Both the position numbers and the translations under genes were made by a program. A model generated the notes under the pieces. The model ran no database searches. It saw only the letters and a list, made by a program, of their open reading frames with translations, and was not told the origin of the DNA. DNA of 64,000 nt from Gemmatimonadaceae bacterium (GTDB taxonomy: Bacteria; Gemmatimonadota; Gemmatimonadetes; Gemmatimonadales; Gemmatimonadaceae), in NCBI GenBank assembly GCA_025450035.1, contig JANWIF010000012.1, forward strand, positions 7,317-71,316, given 5' to 3'. Positions 46,640-56,474 of the stretch are shown piece after piece. Within the stretch, counting starts at the first letter, position 1; each line of letters opens with the position of its first letter.

Positions 46640-48027
46640 TCGCGCGCTTGGCCATGACCGCGCTGGCGCTCGCCGGCGTCGCCGCCCAACCGAATCCCCG
46701 TCTCGACCACTCGGCGCGGTCCGAGGCCATGGCGACGGTCGCGCCAGCCCTGGCGGACACGCTCACGTCCAGTTTCGACATCTCGGGGGTCCACGTCATC
46801 CTGCGCCGCAACGCGGCTAACGACGTCGTGGCGGTCAACCTCTATTTGTTAGGCGGCACCCGCGGCCTCACGGACAGTACGGTGGGCGTCGAACCGATGA
46901 TGCTGTGGGTGTCGGAGCGCGGCACCCGCCACTACTCGCGCGATGCGCTGCGGCGCAAAACGGCGGAAGCGGGGAGCACGATCCTCGTCGAGCCGCACCC
47001 CGATTGGACGATGTTCGGATTCCGCGGTATTCGATCTGCATTCGACAGCACCTGGATGGTGTTCGCCGACCGGCTCATGTTCCCGACGCTCGACTCGGCG
47101 GACGTCGAGATCACCCGTGCGCAGGTGCTGAGCGCCGTGCGCCAGCGCCGCGATTCGCCCGACGATTACCTGGAGTATCTCGCCGACAGCGTCGCCTTTG
47201 CCGGCACATCGTACGGGCTCGCGCCATCGGGCACGGAACGGTCGATTGGCGCGATCACAGCACAGCGCCTGCGGCGCTTTCGCGACTCGGCGCTGGTCAC
47301 GTCGCGCATGCTGCTGGTCGTGGTGGGCAATGTCGACCGCCGCCAACTGGAGCGCGACATCTCACGAACGTTAGGCAAACTCCCAGCCGGTAGCTATCGC
47401 TGGACGCCACCGCCGACCGACACATCCGCCGCCGTCGCAGCGACTGATCCGGCCCCGCCGGCGCAGGTGCCGGCCGCGGTCCTGGAGCAGCGGCCGCTCC
47501 CCACGAACTACATGCTGGGCTACTACACGGGACCCAGCGCCGCGAGCTCGGACTACCAAGCACTGCGCGTCGCCACCGCGGTGCTCAGCGGCCGGCTCTT
47601 CGCCGAGATCCGCTCGCGTCGCAATCTCACCTACGCCGTGGAGGCGCCGTTCATCGAACGTGCCACCGCGGCCGGTGGACTGTACGTCACCACGGTGTAT
47701 CCCGACTCCGTGCTCCGGCTCATGCACGCCGAGCTGCGCGATCTCCAGCAGGGACTCGTGGACCCCGACAATCTGCACGTGATCGTGGCCCAGTTCCTCA
47801 CCGAGTACTTCCTGAACACCGAGACGAACGCCGAGCAGGCGAATTTCCTCGCCCGCGCCCAACTATATCGTGGCGACTGGCGCGCGGCCAACAACTTCGC
47901 CGCCGAGTTGCAGCGCGTCACGCCGCTGGACGTTCAGCGCGCGGCGCGACGGTATATGCACGACATTCGATTCGCCTACATTGGGGATACCACCAAAGTG
48001 TCGCGCAGCGTGCTCGCCAGTTTTTAG
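46636..48027 (+). CDS. M16-family peptidase-like protein lacking HxxEH (non-catalytic partner), exported
   Basis: M16 fold similarity, no zinc motif, signal peptide MIARLAMTALALAGVAA. ATGA overlap with the upstream M16 gene. Confidence 0.85.
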   Translation: MIARLAMTALALAGVAAQPNPRLDHSARSEAMATVAPALADTLTSSFDISGVHVILRRNAANDVVAVNLYLLGGTRGLTDSTVGVEPMMLWVSERGTRHYSRDALRRKTAEAGSTILVEPHPDWTMFGFRGIRSAFDSTWMVFADRLMFPTLDSADVEITRAQVLSAVRQRRDSPDDYLEYLADSVAFAGTSYGLAPSGTERSIGAITAQRLRRFRDSALVTSRMLLVVVGNVDRRQLERDISRTLGKLPAGSYRWTPPPTDTSAAVAATDPAPPAQVPAAVLEQRPLPTNYMLGYYTGPSAASSDYQALRVATAVLSGRLFAEIRSRRNLTYAVEAPFIERATAAGGLYVTTVYPDSVLRLMHAELRDLQQGLVDPDNLHVIVAQFLTEYFLNTETNAEQANFLARAQLYRGDWRAANNFAAELQRVTPLDVQRAARRYMHDIRFAYIGDTTKVSRSVLASF

Positions 48028-48325
48028 GGCTGGCGATTGCCGGCCGGGGACGATCGCAGTCCCCAGGCCCAGTGAATCACCGTTTCAGAATCTCGGCCGG
48101 TCTCGCGAGTGCCTCTCGACACCGACGAGTCGCGGGCGATCGATAGGAGCTGCCCGGAGCGCGGTCATCGGGCGCAGCACGGCGTCGCACGACGAGTGGC
48201 GACGCCTTGTTGGAGCGGATGCGGCGGATGAAAACGGATCGCTTCAGGCGGCGGGCAGGAGCGCGCGTAACGACGGATCATGAAGAACACCCACGGGGCA
48301 CCCAACGCCAGGCAAAGCCCCGATG

Positions 48326-50113
48326 CTACACCTCTTGCATCAGTTCCCTTTCATACGCCCCCAGCACGTCTGCTCGACTCAGAATCCCGACCAACCGCGG
48401 ATGGGATTCACTCTGCACTACCGGAATGACATCGATCGCGCGCGCGTTCATCTTGCGCAGCGCATCGGCGAGCGAATCGCTGGGGAGCACGACTTCCGTA
48501 GGCTGCGCGAGGTCGGCGGCAACCACGACAGCCGCGAGCTCGCCCCGGTCGAGCATTGCCTGACGCAAGTCGTCGTACGTGATCACGCCGAGCAGCGTGC
48601 CGTCCAGATCGATCACGGGAATCGTGGGATGCCGTGTTTGCCCGGCGGCGGCAATGACATCGGCGAGCGTGTCGGCAGGATGGACCACCACGGGATTCGC
48701 CTCCAACGCCTCCGCCGTCCGAATGCGGTGCATGAGCGCACGGTCCGCGCCGTGCGCCAGGTGCTCGCCGCGCCGCTCCAACCACCCGTCGTACAAGCCG
48801 TACGGCGCGAACCGGCGGGCGACAGCGAACGCGATCACCGACACGATCATCAGCGACGGCACGAGCTGATAGTCGTTGGTCATCTCGAACACCATGAAGA
48901 TGGCGGTGATCGGCGCGCGGTTGGCGCCGGCCACGAGCCCTGCCATCCCCACCAGCGCCCACGCCTCGGGATGCAACCCGAAGTTGGGTAAGGCCAGATG
49001 TGCCAGCCGCCCCATCGCGCCGCCAAGCGCGGCGCCGATGAACAGGGTGGGCGTGAACACGCCGCCCGAGCCGCCGGAGCCTAACGTCACGGCGGTGGCC
49101 ACGGACTTTGCAAGAGCGATGCCTAACAGCAGGTACCAGGCGATGCCGCCGAAAATGGGCGTCGGAATGGCGAGGTGCCCGTTCCCGACCAACAGCCCGC
49201 CCGACGCGTACACGATGAGACCCACGAGAAGGCCGCCGGTCACCGGCCGAACCCACTGCGGGCCGGGAAATCGCTGAAACAGGCTGGCGGTCCCGAAATA
49301 CGTGCGCGTATACAGCGCCGACCAGAGCCCGCACACGATGCCTAACAACGGATAGAACAGCAGAATCGCGGCCGGCCGGATCTGCCCATAGAGCGGGATG
49401 TGGAACGCGGGGTGCGAGCCGAGGAACGGGCGGATGGTCAGCGCGCCGGCCACGCTGGCCACGACCACGGGGCCGAAGGCACCAATGGAGAACGAGCCGA
49501 GTACTTCTTCGAGCGCGAAAAACGCGCCGGCGAACGGCGCGTTGAATGCGGCGGCGATGCCCGCGCCGGCGCCGCAGCCCACGAGGATCTTCAATCGTCG
49601 CTGCTGCAATCGGAGCAGCTGCCCGATGAGCGAGCCCACGCCAGCGCCAACAACCGCCGTGGGACCCTCGCTCCCTGCCGAGCCGCCCGAGCCTAACGTG
49701 ATCGCGGAGGCGAGCGTGCGCAGCGCGATGGGACGGATCCGCAATATTCCGCCGCGCTTGGCGACCGCGAGCTGCACGTCCGCGACGTTCTGTCCCTCGG
49801 GAATGCGACGCACCAGCGCCCACGCCGCCCACAGGCCGAGCGCGGTGAGCACCGGGCGGTATGCGACGTGTGTCGTGACGTGCAGCCGCGCCCCCACCCA
49901 TACGATGAAGAAGTCGTACGCCGCGTCGATCAGATGATAGAATCCGACCACGCCTAACCCGGCGCCGACGCCGATCACCAGGGCGAAGGCCATCAGCAGG
50001 GCGCCTTCGTCCCAATCCGAGCGCGCGAACCACGTGACGACGCGCGCCCACGGCGTCTCGAGCCGCGACAGCAGAGCGCCGCGCAGCTGGAGCGGCCCAA
50101 CCCGGTCCCTCAT
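48326..50113 (-). CDS. ClC-family chloride channel/antiporter with two C-terminal CBS domains
   Basis: Motifs GSGGSAGSEGP and GSGGSGGVFTP with a tandem CBS tail. Start taken at ATG 50113. Confidence 0.9.
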   Translation of the reverse strand: MRDRVGPLQLRGALLSRLETPWARVVTWFARSDWDEGALLMAFALVIGVGAGLGVVGFYHLIDAAYDFFIVWVGARLHVTTHVAYRPVLTALGLWAAWALVRRIPEGQNVADVQLAVAKRGGILRIRPIALRTLASAITLGSGGSAGSEGPTAVVGAGVGSLIGQLLRLQQRRLKILVGCGAGAGIAAAFNAPFAGAFFALEEVLGSFSIGAFGPVVVASVAGALTIRPFLGSHPAFHIPLYGQIRPAAILLFYPLLGIVCGLWSALYTRTYFGTASLFQRFPGPQWVRPVTGGLLVGLIVYASGGLLVGNGHLAIPTPIFGGIAWYLLLGIALAKSVATAVTLGSGGSGGVFTPTLFIGAALGGAMGRLAHLALPNFGLHPEAWALVGMAGLVAGANRAPITAIFMVFEMTNDYQLVPSLMIVSVIAFAVARRFAPYGLYDGWLERRGEHLAHGADRALMHRIRTAEALEANPVVVHPADTLADVIAAAGQTRHPTIPVIDLDGTLLGVITYDDLRQAMLDRGELAAVVVAADLAQPTEVVLPSDSLADALRKMNARAIDVIPVVQSESHPRLVGILSRADVLGAYERELMQEV

Positions 50114-50124
50114 CCGCCGTCCGG

Positions 50125-51033
50125 TCACCAGGAAGGCGCCTGCGCCTCGAGCTCGGTGAACAGGTGGCGATAGCTGTCGTACCGCTCGGCGCTCATCGCG
50201 CCCGATGCGACCGCTGCGAGAACCGCGCAATCGGGCTCTTCACGGTGCCGGCAGTCGCGAAAGCGGCACTGGCCGGCGAGCGACCGCATCTCGATGAAAC
50301 AGTGGCCGAGCTCGGCCGGCGTGAGATTCCACAGTCCGACTTCGCGCAGGCCCGGCGTGTCCATCACGTACCCACCGTCGGGGAGCGGATGCATCGTCGC
50401 GCCGACGGTGGTGTGCCGTCCCTTGTCCACCGATCGGCTGATCTCCCCCACCCGCAGCGACAGACCAGGATACATCGCGTTGAGCAGCGATGATTTGCCC
50501 GCGCCCGACGGACCCGTAAACGCCGAGACGCGTCCACGGAGGACATCGTGCAGCGCATCGAGCCCCGCGCGCTGCACGACGCTCGTGGCGTGCAGCGGAT
50601 AGCCGGCGCGCGCGTAGTCGGCGAACGGCGCCAACGGATCGCCCGATACGAGATCGACCTTGTTGATCACGATGCGCGATGGAATGTCGTTGGCCCCAGC
50701 GATCACCAGGAACCGGTCCAGCATCCGCGCGTTAGGCTCCGGGTGCGCGGCGGCGAACACCACGATCACCTGGTCCACGTTCGCCGCCACCACCCGCTCG
50801 CCATACGCACCGCCCGGCGCCCGCCGCGCCAATCGCGAGCGGCGCGGCAGAATCTCGGCGATCGCCCACGTGTCGCCCCGTGCTTCGCGCTCCAGTCGCA
50901 CGTCGTCTCCCACCGCCAGCTTGGGCGCATCGCTCTGCTTGAGTCGCCCGCGCAGCGACACGTCGTACTCCACTCCATCCGCGTCGCGCGCCCGCCAGAT
51001 GCCGCCCGTCCCGCGCAGCACGACCGCGTTCAC
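50125..51033 (-). CDS. rsgA: Ribosome small-subunit-dependent GTPase A
   Basis: Circularly permuted GTPase (NKVDL .. GPSGAGKSSLLN) and zinc knuckle CRFRDCRHREEPDCAV. Confidence 0.92.
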   Translation of the reverse strand: MNAVVLRGTGGIWRARDADGVEYDVSLRGRLKQSDAPKLAVGDDVRLEREARGDTWAIAEILPRRSRLARRAPGGAYGERVVAANVDQVIVVFAAAHPEPNARMLDRFLVIAGANDIPSRIVINKVDLVSGDPLAPFADYARAGYPLHATSVVQRAGLDALHDVLRGRVSAFTGPSGAGKSSLLNAMYPGLSLRVGEISRSVDKGRHTTVGATMHPLPDGGYVMDTPGLREVGLWNLTPAELGHCFIEMRSLAGQCRFRDCRHREEPDCAVLAAVASGAMSAERYDSYRHLFTELEAQAPSW

Positions 51034-51055
51034 GGCTGCTCCGGCGGCACGCCGC

Positions 51056-51445
51056 TCACGATTCGTTCTCGTCGCGCATCACATCCCACCACGGCCGGCC
51101 GGCGTTAGGCGTGTGCTCCGCGATGAGCGCGTCGAGGATCTCCTGCGCCCGGGCAAGGAGCATCGCGCCCACGCGCGCCCGCGCCTCGTCCGCCCCAGCA
51201 GCACGCTCGAGAAAGTCGGTTTCCAGATGGCCGCTGATCCGCGGCTCGCCAACGCTCCACTGCACGAACAACAGATACGCGCCCGCCGGTGCCACGGGGT
51301 CGCCCGTGTCATCGGTCTCGATCGTAACGCTGTAGGAACGCCCATCGCACCCCTGAAATGCCGCGGGCCTGTCGTGGACGGCCATGTACCCGCCGAGCGT
51401 TCGCTCATCGCCTTTCGACGGATCGGGAGGAAGGAACCTACCCAC
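51056..51445 (-). CDS. Hypothetical protein (start GTG 51445 or ATG 51385)
   Basis: High-GC3 ORF in an operon-like position upstream of rsgA. No recognised motif. Confidence 0.5.
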   Translation of the reverse strand: MGRFLPPDPSKGDERTLGGYMAVHDRPAAFQGCDGRSYSVTIETDDTGDPVAPAGAYLLFVQWSVGEPRISGHLETDFLERAAGADEARARVGAMLLARAQEILDALIAEHTPNAGRPWWDVMRDENES

Positions 51446-51472
51446 AGCGCGGCTCTCCGGGCAACTGTGGCA

Positions 51473-52408
51473 TCAATGTCGACCGGCCATCAGCTCGCGG
51501 ACCATGTTCCCCGTGATGAACGCCACGTTCGCGGGACGCTCGGCCAGGCGACGCATGAGATACGGATACCACTGCGTGCCGAACGGCACGTACACGCGCA
51601 TGTTGAACCCCTCGCGTACCAGCTGCTCCTGCACGTCACGGCGTATCCCGTATAGCATCTGAAACTCGAACCGCTCGACTGGAATACTCTCGGAGCGCAC
51701 GAAGCGCTTCACGTCGCCAATGATGGCGGGGTCGTGCGTCGCGATCCCCGGGTAGTGCCCCTGGGCAATCAGCTGATGCATGCAGCGCACGTAGTTCGCG
51801 TCCACATCCCGCTTTTCGGGAAACGCAACCGTAGCCGGCTCGTTGTACGCTCCCTTGCATAACCGGACTCGACACTTGAGCTGGACCGCCCGCTCTACAT
51901 CGGCCTGCGTGCGATACAGGTAGCTCTGCAGCACGATGCCGACGTTCTCCGGATAGTTCGGGTAGAGCCGGTCCTCGAACAAACGCAACGTCCGCTCGGT
52001 GTACTCGCTCGACTCCATGTCCAACCGGACAAAGGTGCCGTACTCGTGCGCGCGATCGAGGATCTGGTGCACGATCTCGACGCACAGTTCCTCGCTGATA
52101 TCGAGTCCCATCTGCGTGAGCTTGACCGAGACGTTGGCATCGAGCCCCGTCTCGTGAATCCGATCGAGCATGTGCAGGTAGTCACTCCCCGCCGATCGCG
52201 CTTCCACCTCGTTGCGCACGCTTTCACCTAACAGATCGAGCGACGCGCGAATCTTCTTGGCATTGAGCTGGCGCACCGCATCGAGCGCCGTGTCCAACGT
52301 CTCGCCGGCCACGAAGCGCGATGCGAATCGCTTGGCCATGCCGTTCCGGCGCACGAAGCGAAAGATATGCGGTTGATTCGAGAGGTACAGAAAGGTTCGA
52401 CGCAGCAT
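51473..52408 (-). CDS. Monofunctional proline dehydrogenase
   Basis: PRODH TIM-barrel pattern (RFVAGET.., SLDLLGE, ..LCKGAY.., FQMLYGIR). ATG 52408. Confidence 0.88.
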   Translation of the reverse strand: MLRRTFLYLSNQPHIFRFVRRNGMAKRFASRFVAGETLDTALDAVRQLNAKKIRASLDLLGESVRNEVEARSAGSDYLHMLDRIHETGLDANVSVKLTQMGLDISEELCVEIVHQILDRAHEYGTFVRLDMESSEYTERTLRLFEDRLYPNYPENVGIVLQSYLYRTQADVERAVQLKCRVRLCKGAYNEPATVAFPEKRDVDANYVRCMHQLIAQGHYPGIATHDPAIIGDVKRFVRSESIPVERFEFQMLYGIRRDVQEQLVREGFNMRVYVPFGTQWYPYLMRRLAERPANVAFITGNMVRELMAGRH

Positions 52409-52487
52409 GTCGCGCGCGCTCAGAGGCGGAAGATGGAGAAAGAGCGGCCGCCGATGCGGCGACGCCCATGCGATGCCGACACCCGCG

Positions 52488-54164
52488 TCACGGGCGCACG
52501 GCTCCAGACAACGGGCCGGCCACGCGAAGAATCGGAAACTCTCCACCGCGGCTCAACTGTGCGTCGAACACGTTCCACGTGGCCAACCCGTCGTCGCTCT
52601 CGGGCTCCAGCAGGTAGAATGCAACGATGCCCAACCGTTGCGAGACCGGCACGACGAACGAGCCCGCCGGAATCGTGCGGCGGTCATCGCTCCACCGCCC
52701 TTCGAGCCGCACCTCGTGGTGCCCCTGGAACGGCCGCGCTGCGACGATGACGCTGTCGATCAGGAACCGTTGTACCGGCGTCTGCCACTCGCTCCGCACC
52801 CGGCCGACGAGCACGCCATGAAGGCGCAGGATGCCGACCGCGGCGCTGTCGGCCGCGGGAATCACGTACCCGTATGGCAGCGAGCGTGTGAGCGTGGCGT
52901 CGAATCGATCGTACACCGGCATCCGCTCCTCGCGGAAATGTCCCGTGCGACGCAGGCCCCGTGGTACGCCGGGCTGCGTGAGCGATGAATCGCCGGTCCG
53001 CACCAGGTCTTCAGTTCTCACCACGTCGTCGTGCGGATGGCGCGTGAGGTCGGCGCGCAACGAGATCTGCGGCGCCGCGGCCGGGTGTTCGCCCCACGCT
53101 CGCACGCTCGAGTCGGCGCGCGCGGACAACGCGGCGATGGCCGCACCGCGCTCGGCCACGAGCGAGAGCACTTCGTGAACGAACGCGTACGTCGCCCGCA
53201 CGCGCCGCTCGAACGGATCATGCGAGAATGCCTCGCTCAGAATCCCGATGCGGCCGCGCAGCCCAACGTAGTTAGTACCGTAGCGTGGAAACGACTCGTA
53301 GCTGTACCAGCCGGTGCGCACGGTGTCGGTGTCGTAGTCCCGGCCGTACTCCTGGCTGAAGTTTCCGTAGTCGAACGTTTCGAACCCGTCGCGCAGCCTC
53401 ATGCGCCGGCGCAGCTCGGGCAGGAGGGAGTCGCGCGCATACACGCCGCCAAACAGTGCGGCCGGGTTGAGCGACGGCGCGTACGTGAGCGCGTATCCGT
53501 GAAAGCTGCCGTCGGTGGTGTGCAGGTCCACGAACACGTCGGGATCCCACGCCGTCATCGCGGCCAGCGAGGCGCGCGTCTCGGGCGCCTCGGCCTTGAC
53601 GTAATCGCGGTTGAGGTCCAGCCCTTGTGCGTTAGGCCGTTGGCCCACCAGTTCAGGTCCGTTCTGCTCGTACCGGTTCTTACTCTGCGGCGCGAACCGT
53701 TCGTTCCCATCGGCGTTGTAGATCGGGTTGGCGATGAGCACGATCGAGTCGAGCACGTTGGGCTGTCCGCCCGGCGCGAACCAGAGATCCCGCATCAACG
53801 CCAGCAGCGCCTCCTTTCCTTCCACTTCACCCGCGTGGATGTTCGCCTGCACGTATACGATCGGGCGGCCGAGCCGTCGCGCCTCTTCCGACGTGTTCAC
53901 CAACGGGCGTGACAATATCACGATCGGAATCGGCCGCCCTTCGGTGGTGTTGCCGATGCTGCGCCATGCCGGCGCACCGGCGCCGTGCAGACTATCGAGG
54001 AAGGCGATGACGTCGTCGTAGTGCGACGTCTCGGCGTACTCCGTCCGCTCGGCGCGCGTGCGCGGGAGGGTGGCGTTCGCCGATGGCGATGAGGCGGCCG
54101 GCGGCGGATGGCCAGCGGCACATCCCGCCGCCATGGCGCACATCACCAACACCCCGCGCGTCAT
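52488..54164 (-). CDS. M14-family zinc carboxypeptidase, lipoprotein/exported
   Basis: HAGEVEG (HxxE zinc ligands), a GNTTEGRPI-type motif, and N-terminal VMCAMAAGC. Confidence 0.85.
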   Translation of the reverse strand: MTRGVLVMCAMAAGCAAGHPPPAASSPSANATLPRTRAERTEYAETSHYDDVIAFLDSLHGAGAPAWRSIGNTTEGRPIPIVILSRPLVNTSEEARRLGRPIVYVQANIHAGEVEGKEALLALMRDLWFAPGGQPNVLDSIVLIANPIYNADGNERFAPQSKNRYEQNGPELVGQRPNAQGLDLNRDYVKAEAPETRASLAAMTAWDPDVFVDLHTTDGSFHGYALTYAPSLNPAALFGGVYARDSLLPELRRRMRLRDGFETFDYGNFSQEYGRDYDTDTVRTGWYSYESFPRYGTNYVGLRGRIGILSEAFSHDPFERRVRATYAFVHEVLSLVAERGAAIAALSARADSSVRAWGEHPAAAPQISLRADLTRHPHDDVVRTEDLVRTGDSSLTQPGVPRGLRRTGHFREERMPVYDRFDATLTRSLPYGYVIPAADSAAVGILRLHGVLVGRVRSEWQTPVQRFLIDSVIVAARPFQGHHEVRLEGRWSDDRRTIPAGSFVVPVSQRLGIVAFYLLEPESDDGLATWNVFDAQLSRGGEFPILRVAGPLSGAVRP

Positions 54165-56419
54165 CGGCGCACGGCGTCCGCCGGCGCGTCCGCGCGCTCA
54201 CGTTGTTCGCCTAACTGTTCCTCGATGAAGCGCGTGAGTGTCTCGTAGAGCTGGTCGCGCGTGTTGCCGCCGGCAATGGCGTGCGTGCGATTGGGATAGA
54301 CCATCATCTGGAAGAGCTTGCCGGCCTCGATCAAGCGATTCGCCAACCGAATGGAATTCTGCGGATGGACATTGTCGTCGCCGCTCCCGTACACCAGCAA
54401 GTACCGCGCGCTCAACCCATCGACGTATCGCAGCGTAGAGCTCACGTGGTAGCCGTCGGGATTGTCGTTGGGCGTGCGCATGTAGCGCTCGGTGTAGATG
54501 TCGTCGTAGAACCGCCAGTCGGCCACCGGCGCCACCGAGATCGCCGCCCGAAAGAGCGGGCCACCCCGGAACGCGGTCATCGCCGACAGGTACCCGCCAT
54601 AGCTCCATCCCCAGATCCCGATATGTGCCGCATCCACCCACGGGCGCGTGGTCAGCCAACGCGCGGCGTCGATCTGGTCCTGGGACTCCCGCAATCCCAG
54701 ATGGAGATACACGGTGCGCCGAAACGCGCTGCCTCGACCGCCGGTGCCGCGGTTGTCCACGGTCACGATCACAAAGCCCCGTTGGGCGAGCATCTGGTAC
54801 CACGCGTACTCGGCGCCGCCGAACGCATCCAGCACCGTCTGCGATCCTGGGCCGCCATACGCGTACATCAGCACGGGGTAGCGGCGCGTGCTGTCGAACG
54901 ACGGCGGTACGATGCGCAGCGCATCCAGGCGCGTACCGTCAGGCATGGGAATCTCGAAGAACTGTGGCGGCCGAGCGTGAAGGGCTGCGATGCGGGCCTC
55001 GAGCGTCGTGTCCGTTGCCAACACGCGCCGCGATGTGACCGCGGACAACGACTGCAGCGTGACCACGGGCGGCGCGGCGGCGGTGCTGTACGAATCCACC
55101 AGATAGCCGGCGCCGGGCGCCATCGTGACGTCGTGCGTGCCCGGCGCATGCGTCATCTGCGTGCCAGAGCCGGCGCGCGAGATGTCGTACGCCCAAAGCT
55201 GCCGCTGCGCCGGCGTTGGGCCGGCTTCGATCACGTAGGCGAGGCCGCGATGCGCATCGACATCGACCAGATTCGTCACGTCCACGCCATCGCGCGTCAC
55301 GCGTCGAACGAGCGAGCCGTCGCGCCGAAACAAGTAGTACTGCCGCCACCCGCTGCGCTCGCTCGGCCACAGAAACATCGTGTCGCCGTTGACCCAGCGC
55401 GGCGCGTCCTCGGCGACATCCACCCACGCCGAATCGGCGCGCTCGGTGAGTACCGTACGCCCGCGGCCGGTCGCCGCACTGCGCATCAGCAGATCGATGC
55501 GGTCCTGACGGCGTGGCAACTGCTGCAGCGTTAGGCTGTCGTTGCCCACCCAGCTCAAGCGCGCGACGTAGCCGCCAGTCGTGGCGCCCGTGTCGGATCC
55601 CAAATCCATCCACGTCACCGACCCGCTGCTCGCGGTGACCACGCCGATGCGAACCACCGAGTTAGGCTCGCCCGCTTTCGGATACCGCACGGGCACGATC
55701 GTCGGATACAGGGTGCGGTCGTCGAGCAATGGGTACACCGGGATCTCCGACTGATCGAACCGCCAGAACGCAATCCGCTTCGAGTCCGGGCTCCAACGAA
55801 ACGCGTCGCGCAAGTCGAACTCTTCCTCGTACGCCCAGTCGGTGACGCCGTTGAGCACCAGCGCGCTCCCATCGGTCGTCAGGGCCCGTTCGACCCGCGT
55901 GGTCAGGTCGGTGACGTACAGGTTGTTGTCGCGCACGAACGCCACCTGCCGTCCGTCCGGCGAAAAGGTCGCGAACATCTGCAACCCCGCATTACTCGAC
56001 AATGGGGCCAACCGGCGAGTGGCGAAATCGACGACCTCGTAGATCCCCCGTGTGTTGAGCCGCCACACGCGCTCCGAATCGTGGAACAGCATCGCCTTCG
56101 TGCCGTCTGCCGAGAGCGTGAGTCCTTCAATCACGATCGGCCTTCCGTCGCCATGCACGAGCGACGATGCCGGAACGAGAACGGTCGATGTGCCGGTGGC
56201 CGCGTCCACGTGCACCAAGTCGTTACCGCCTGACGCGGTGGGTCGAACCTCGACCCATGCCGTGCCGCTGGACAGCCAGTGCATCTCGGGCGATTGCTCG
56301 CCCGAGAATTCGTAGTCTCCCCAGATCTGTCGAACGGTGAGCGCCCGACCGGCGCTCTGTGCATGAGCGCTGCCGGCGCACAGGACGAGTGCCGCGCCCG
56401 CGGCGATGCTGATGCGCAT
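54161..56419 (-). CDS. Dipeptidyl-peptidase IV (S9B) family serine peptidase
   Basis: DPPIV beta-propeller N-domain, catalytic GIWGWSYGGY, a ..GSGDDNVH.. Asp region and a His region. Signal peptide MRISIAAGAALVLCAGSAHA. Confidence 0.9.
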   Translation of the reverse strand: MRISIAAGAALVLCAGSAHAQSAGRALTVRQIWGDYEFSGEQSPEMHWLSSGTAWVEVRPTASGGNDLVHVDAATGTSTVLVPASSLVHGDGRPIVIEGLTLSADGTKAMLFHDSERVWRLNTRGIYEVVDFATRRLAPLSSNAGLQMFATFSPDGRQVAFVRDNNLYVTDLTTRVERALTTDGSALVLNGVTDWAYEEEFDLRDAFRWSPDSKRIAFWRFDQSEIPVYPLLDDRTLYPTIVPVRYPKAGEPNSVVRIGVVTASSGSVTWMDLGSDTGATTGGYVARLSWVGNDSLTLQQLPRRQDRIDLLMRSAATGRGRTVLTERADSAWVDVAEDAPRWVNGDTMFLWPSERSGWRQYYLFRRDGSLVRRVTRDGVDVTNLVDVDAHRGLAYVIEAGPTPAQRQLWAYDISRAGSGTQMTHAPGTHDVTMAPGAGYLVDSYSTAAAPPVVTLQSLSAVTSRRVLATDTTLEARIAALHARPPQFFEIPMPDGTRLDALRIVPPSFDSTRRYPVLMYAYGGPGSQTVLDAFGGAEYAWYQMLAQRGFVIVTVDNRGTGGRGSAFRRTVYLHLGLRESQDQIDAARWLTTRPWVDAAHIGIWGWSYGGYLSAMTAFRGGPLFRAAISVAPVADWRFYDDIYTERYMRTPNDNPDGYHVSSTLRYVDGLSARYLLVYGSGDDNVHPQNSIRLANRLIEAGKLFQMMVYPNRTHAIAGGNTRDQLYETLTRFIEEQLGEQRERADAPADAVRR

Positions 56420-56474
56420 GCGAGATGAGTTCGTGAAGGGACCGTGTAAGGTACGTCGCAGGCCGGCGGGCGGT

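Noticed and set aside
48028-48325. 298-bp convergent gap between the M16B and ClC genes as a possible sRNA or tRNA locus.
   Set aside because: Only one modest hairpin (GGCGTCGC..GCGACGCC) is present. There is no tRNA cloverleaf, promoter-like or terminator-like signal, and no repeat-family similarity.
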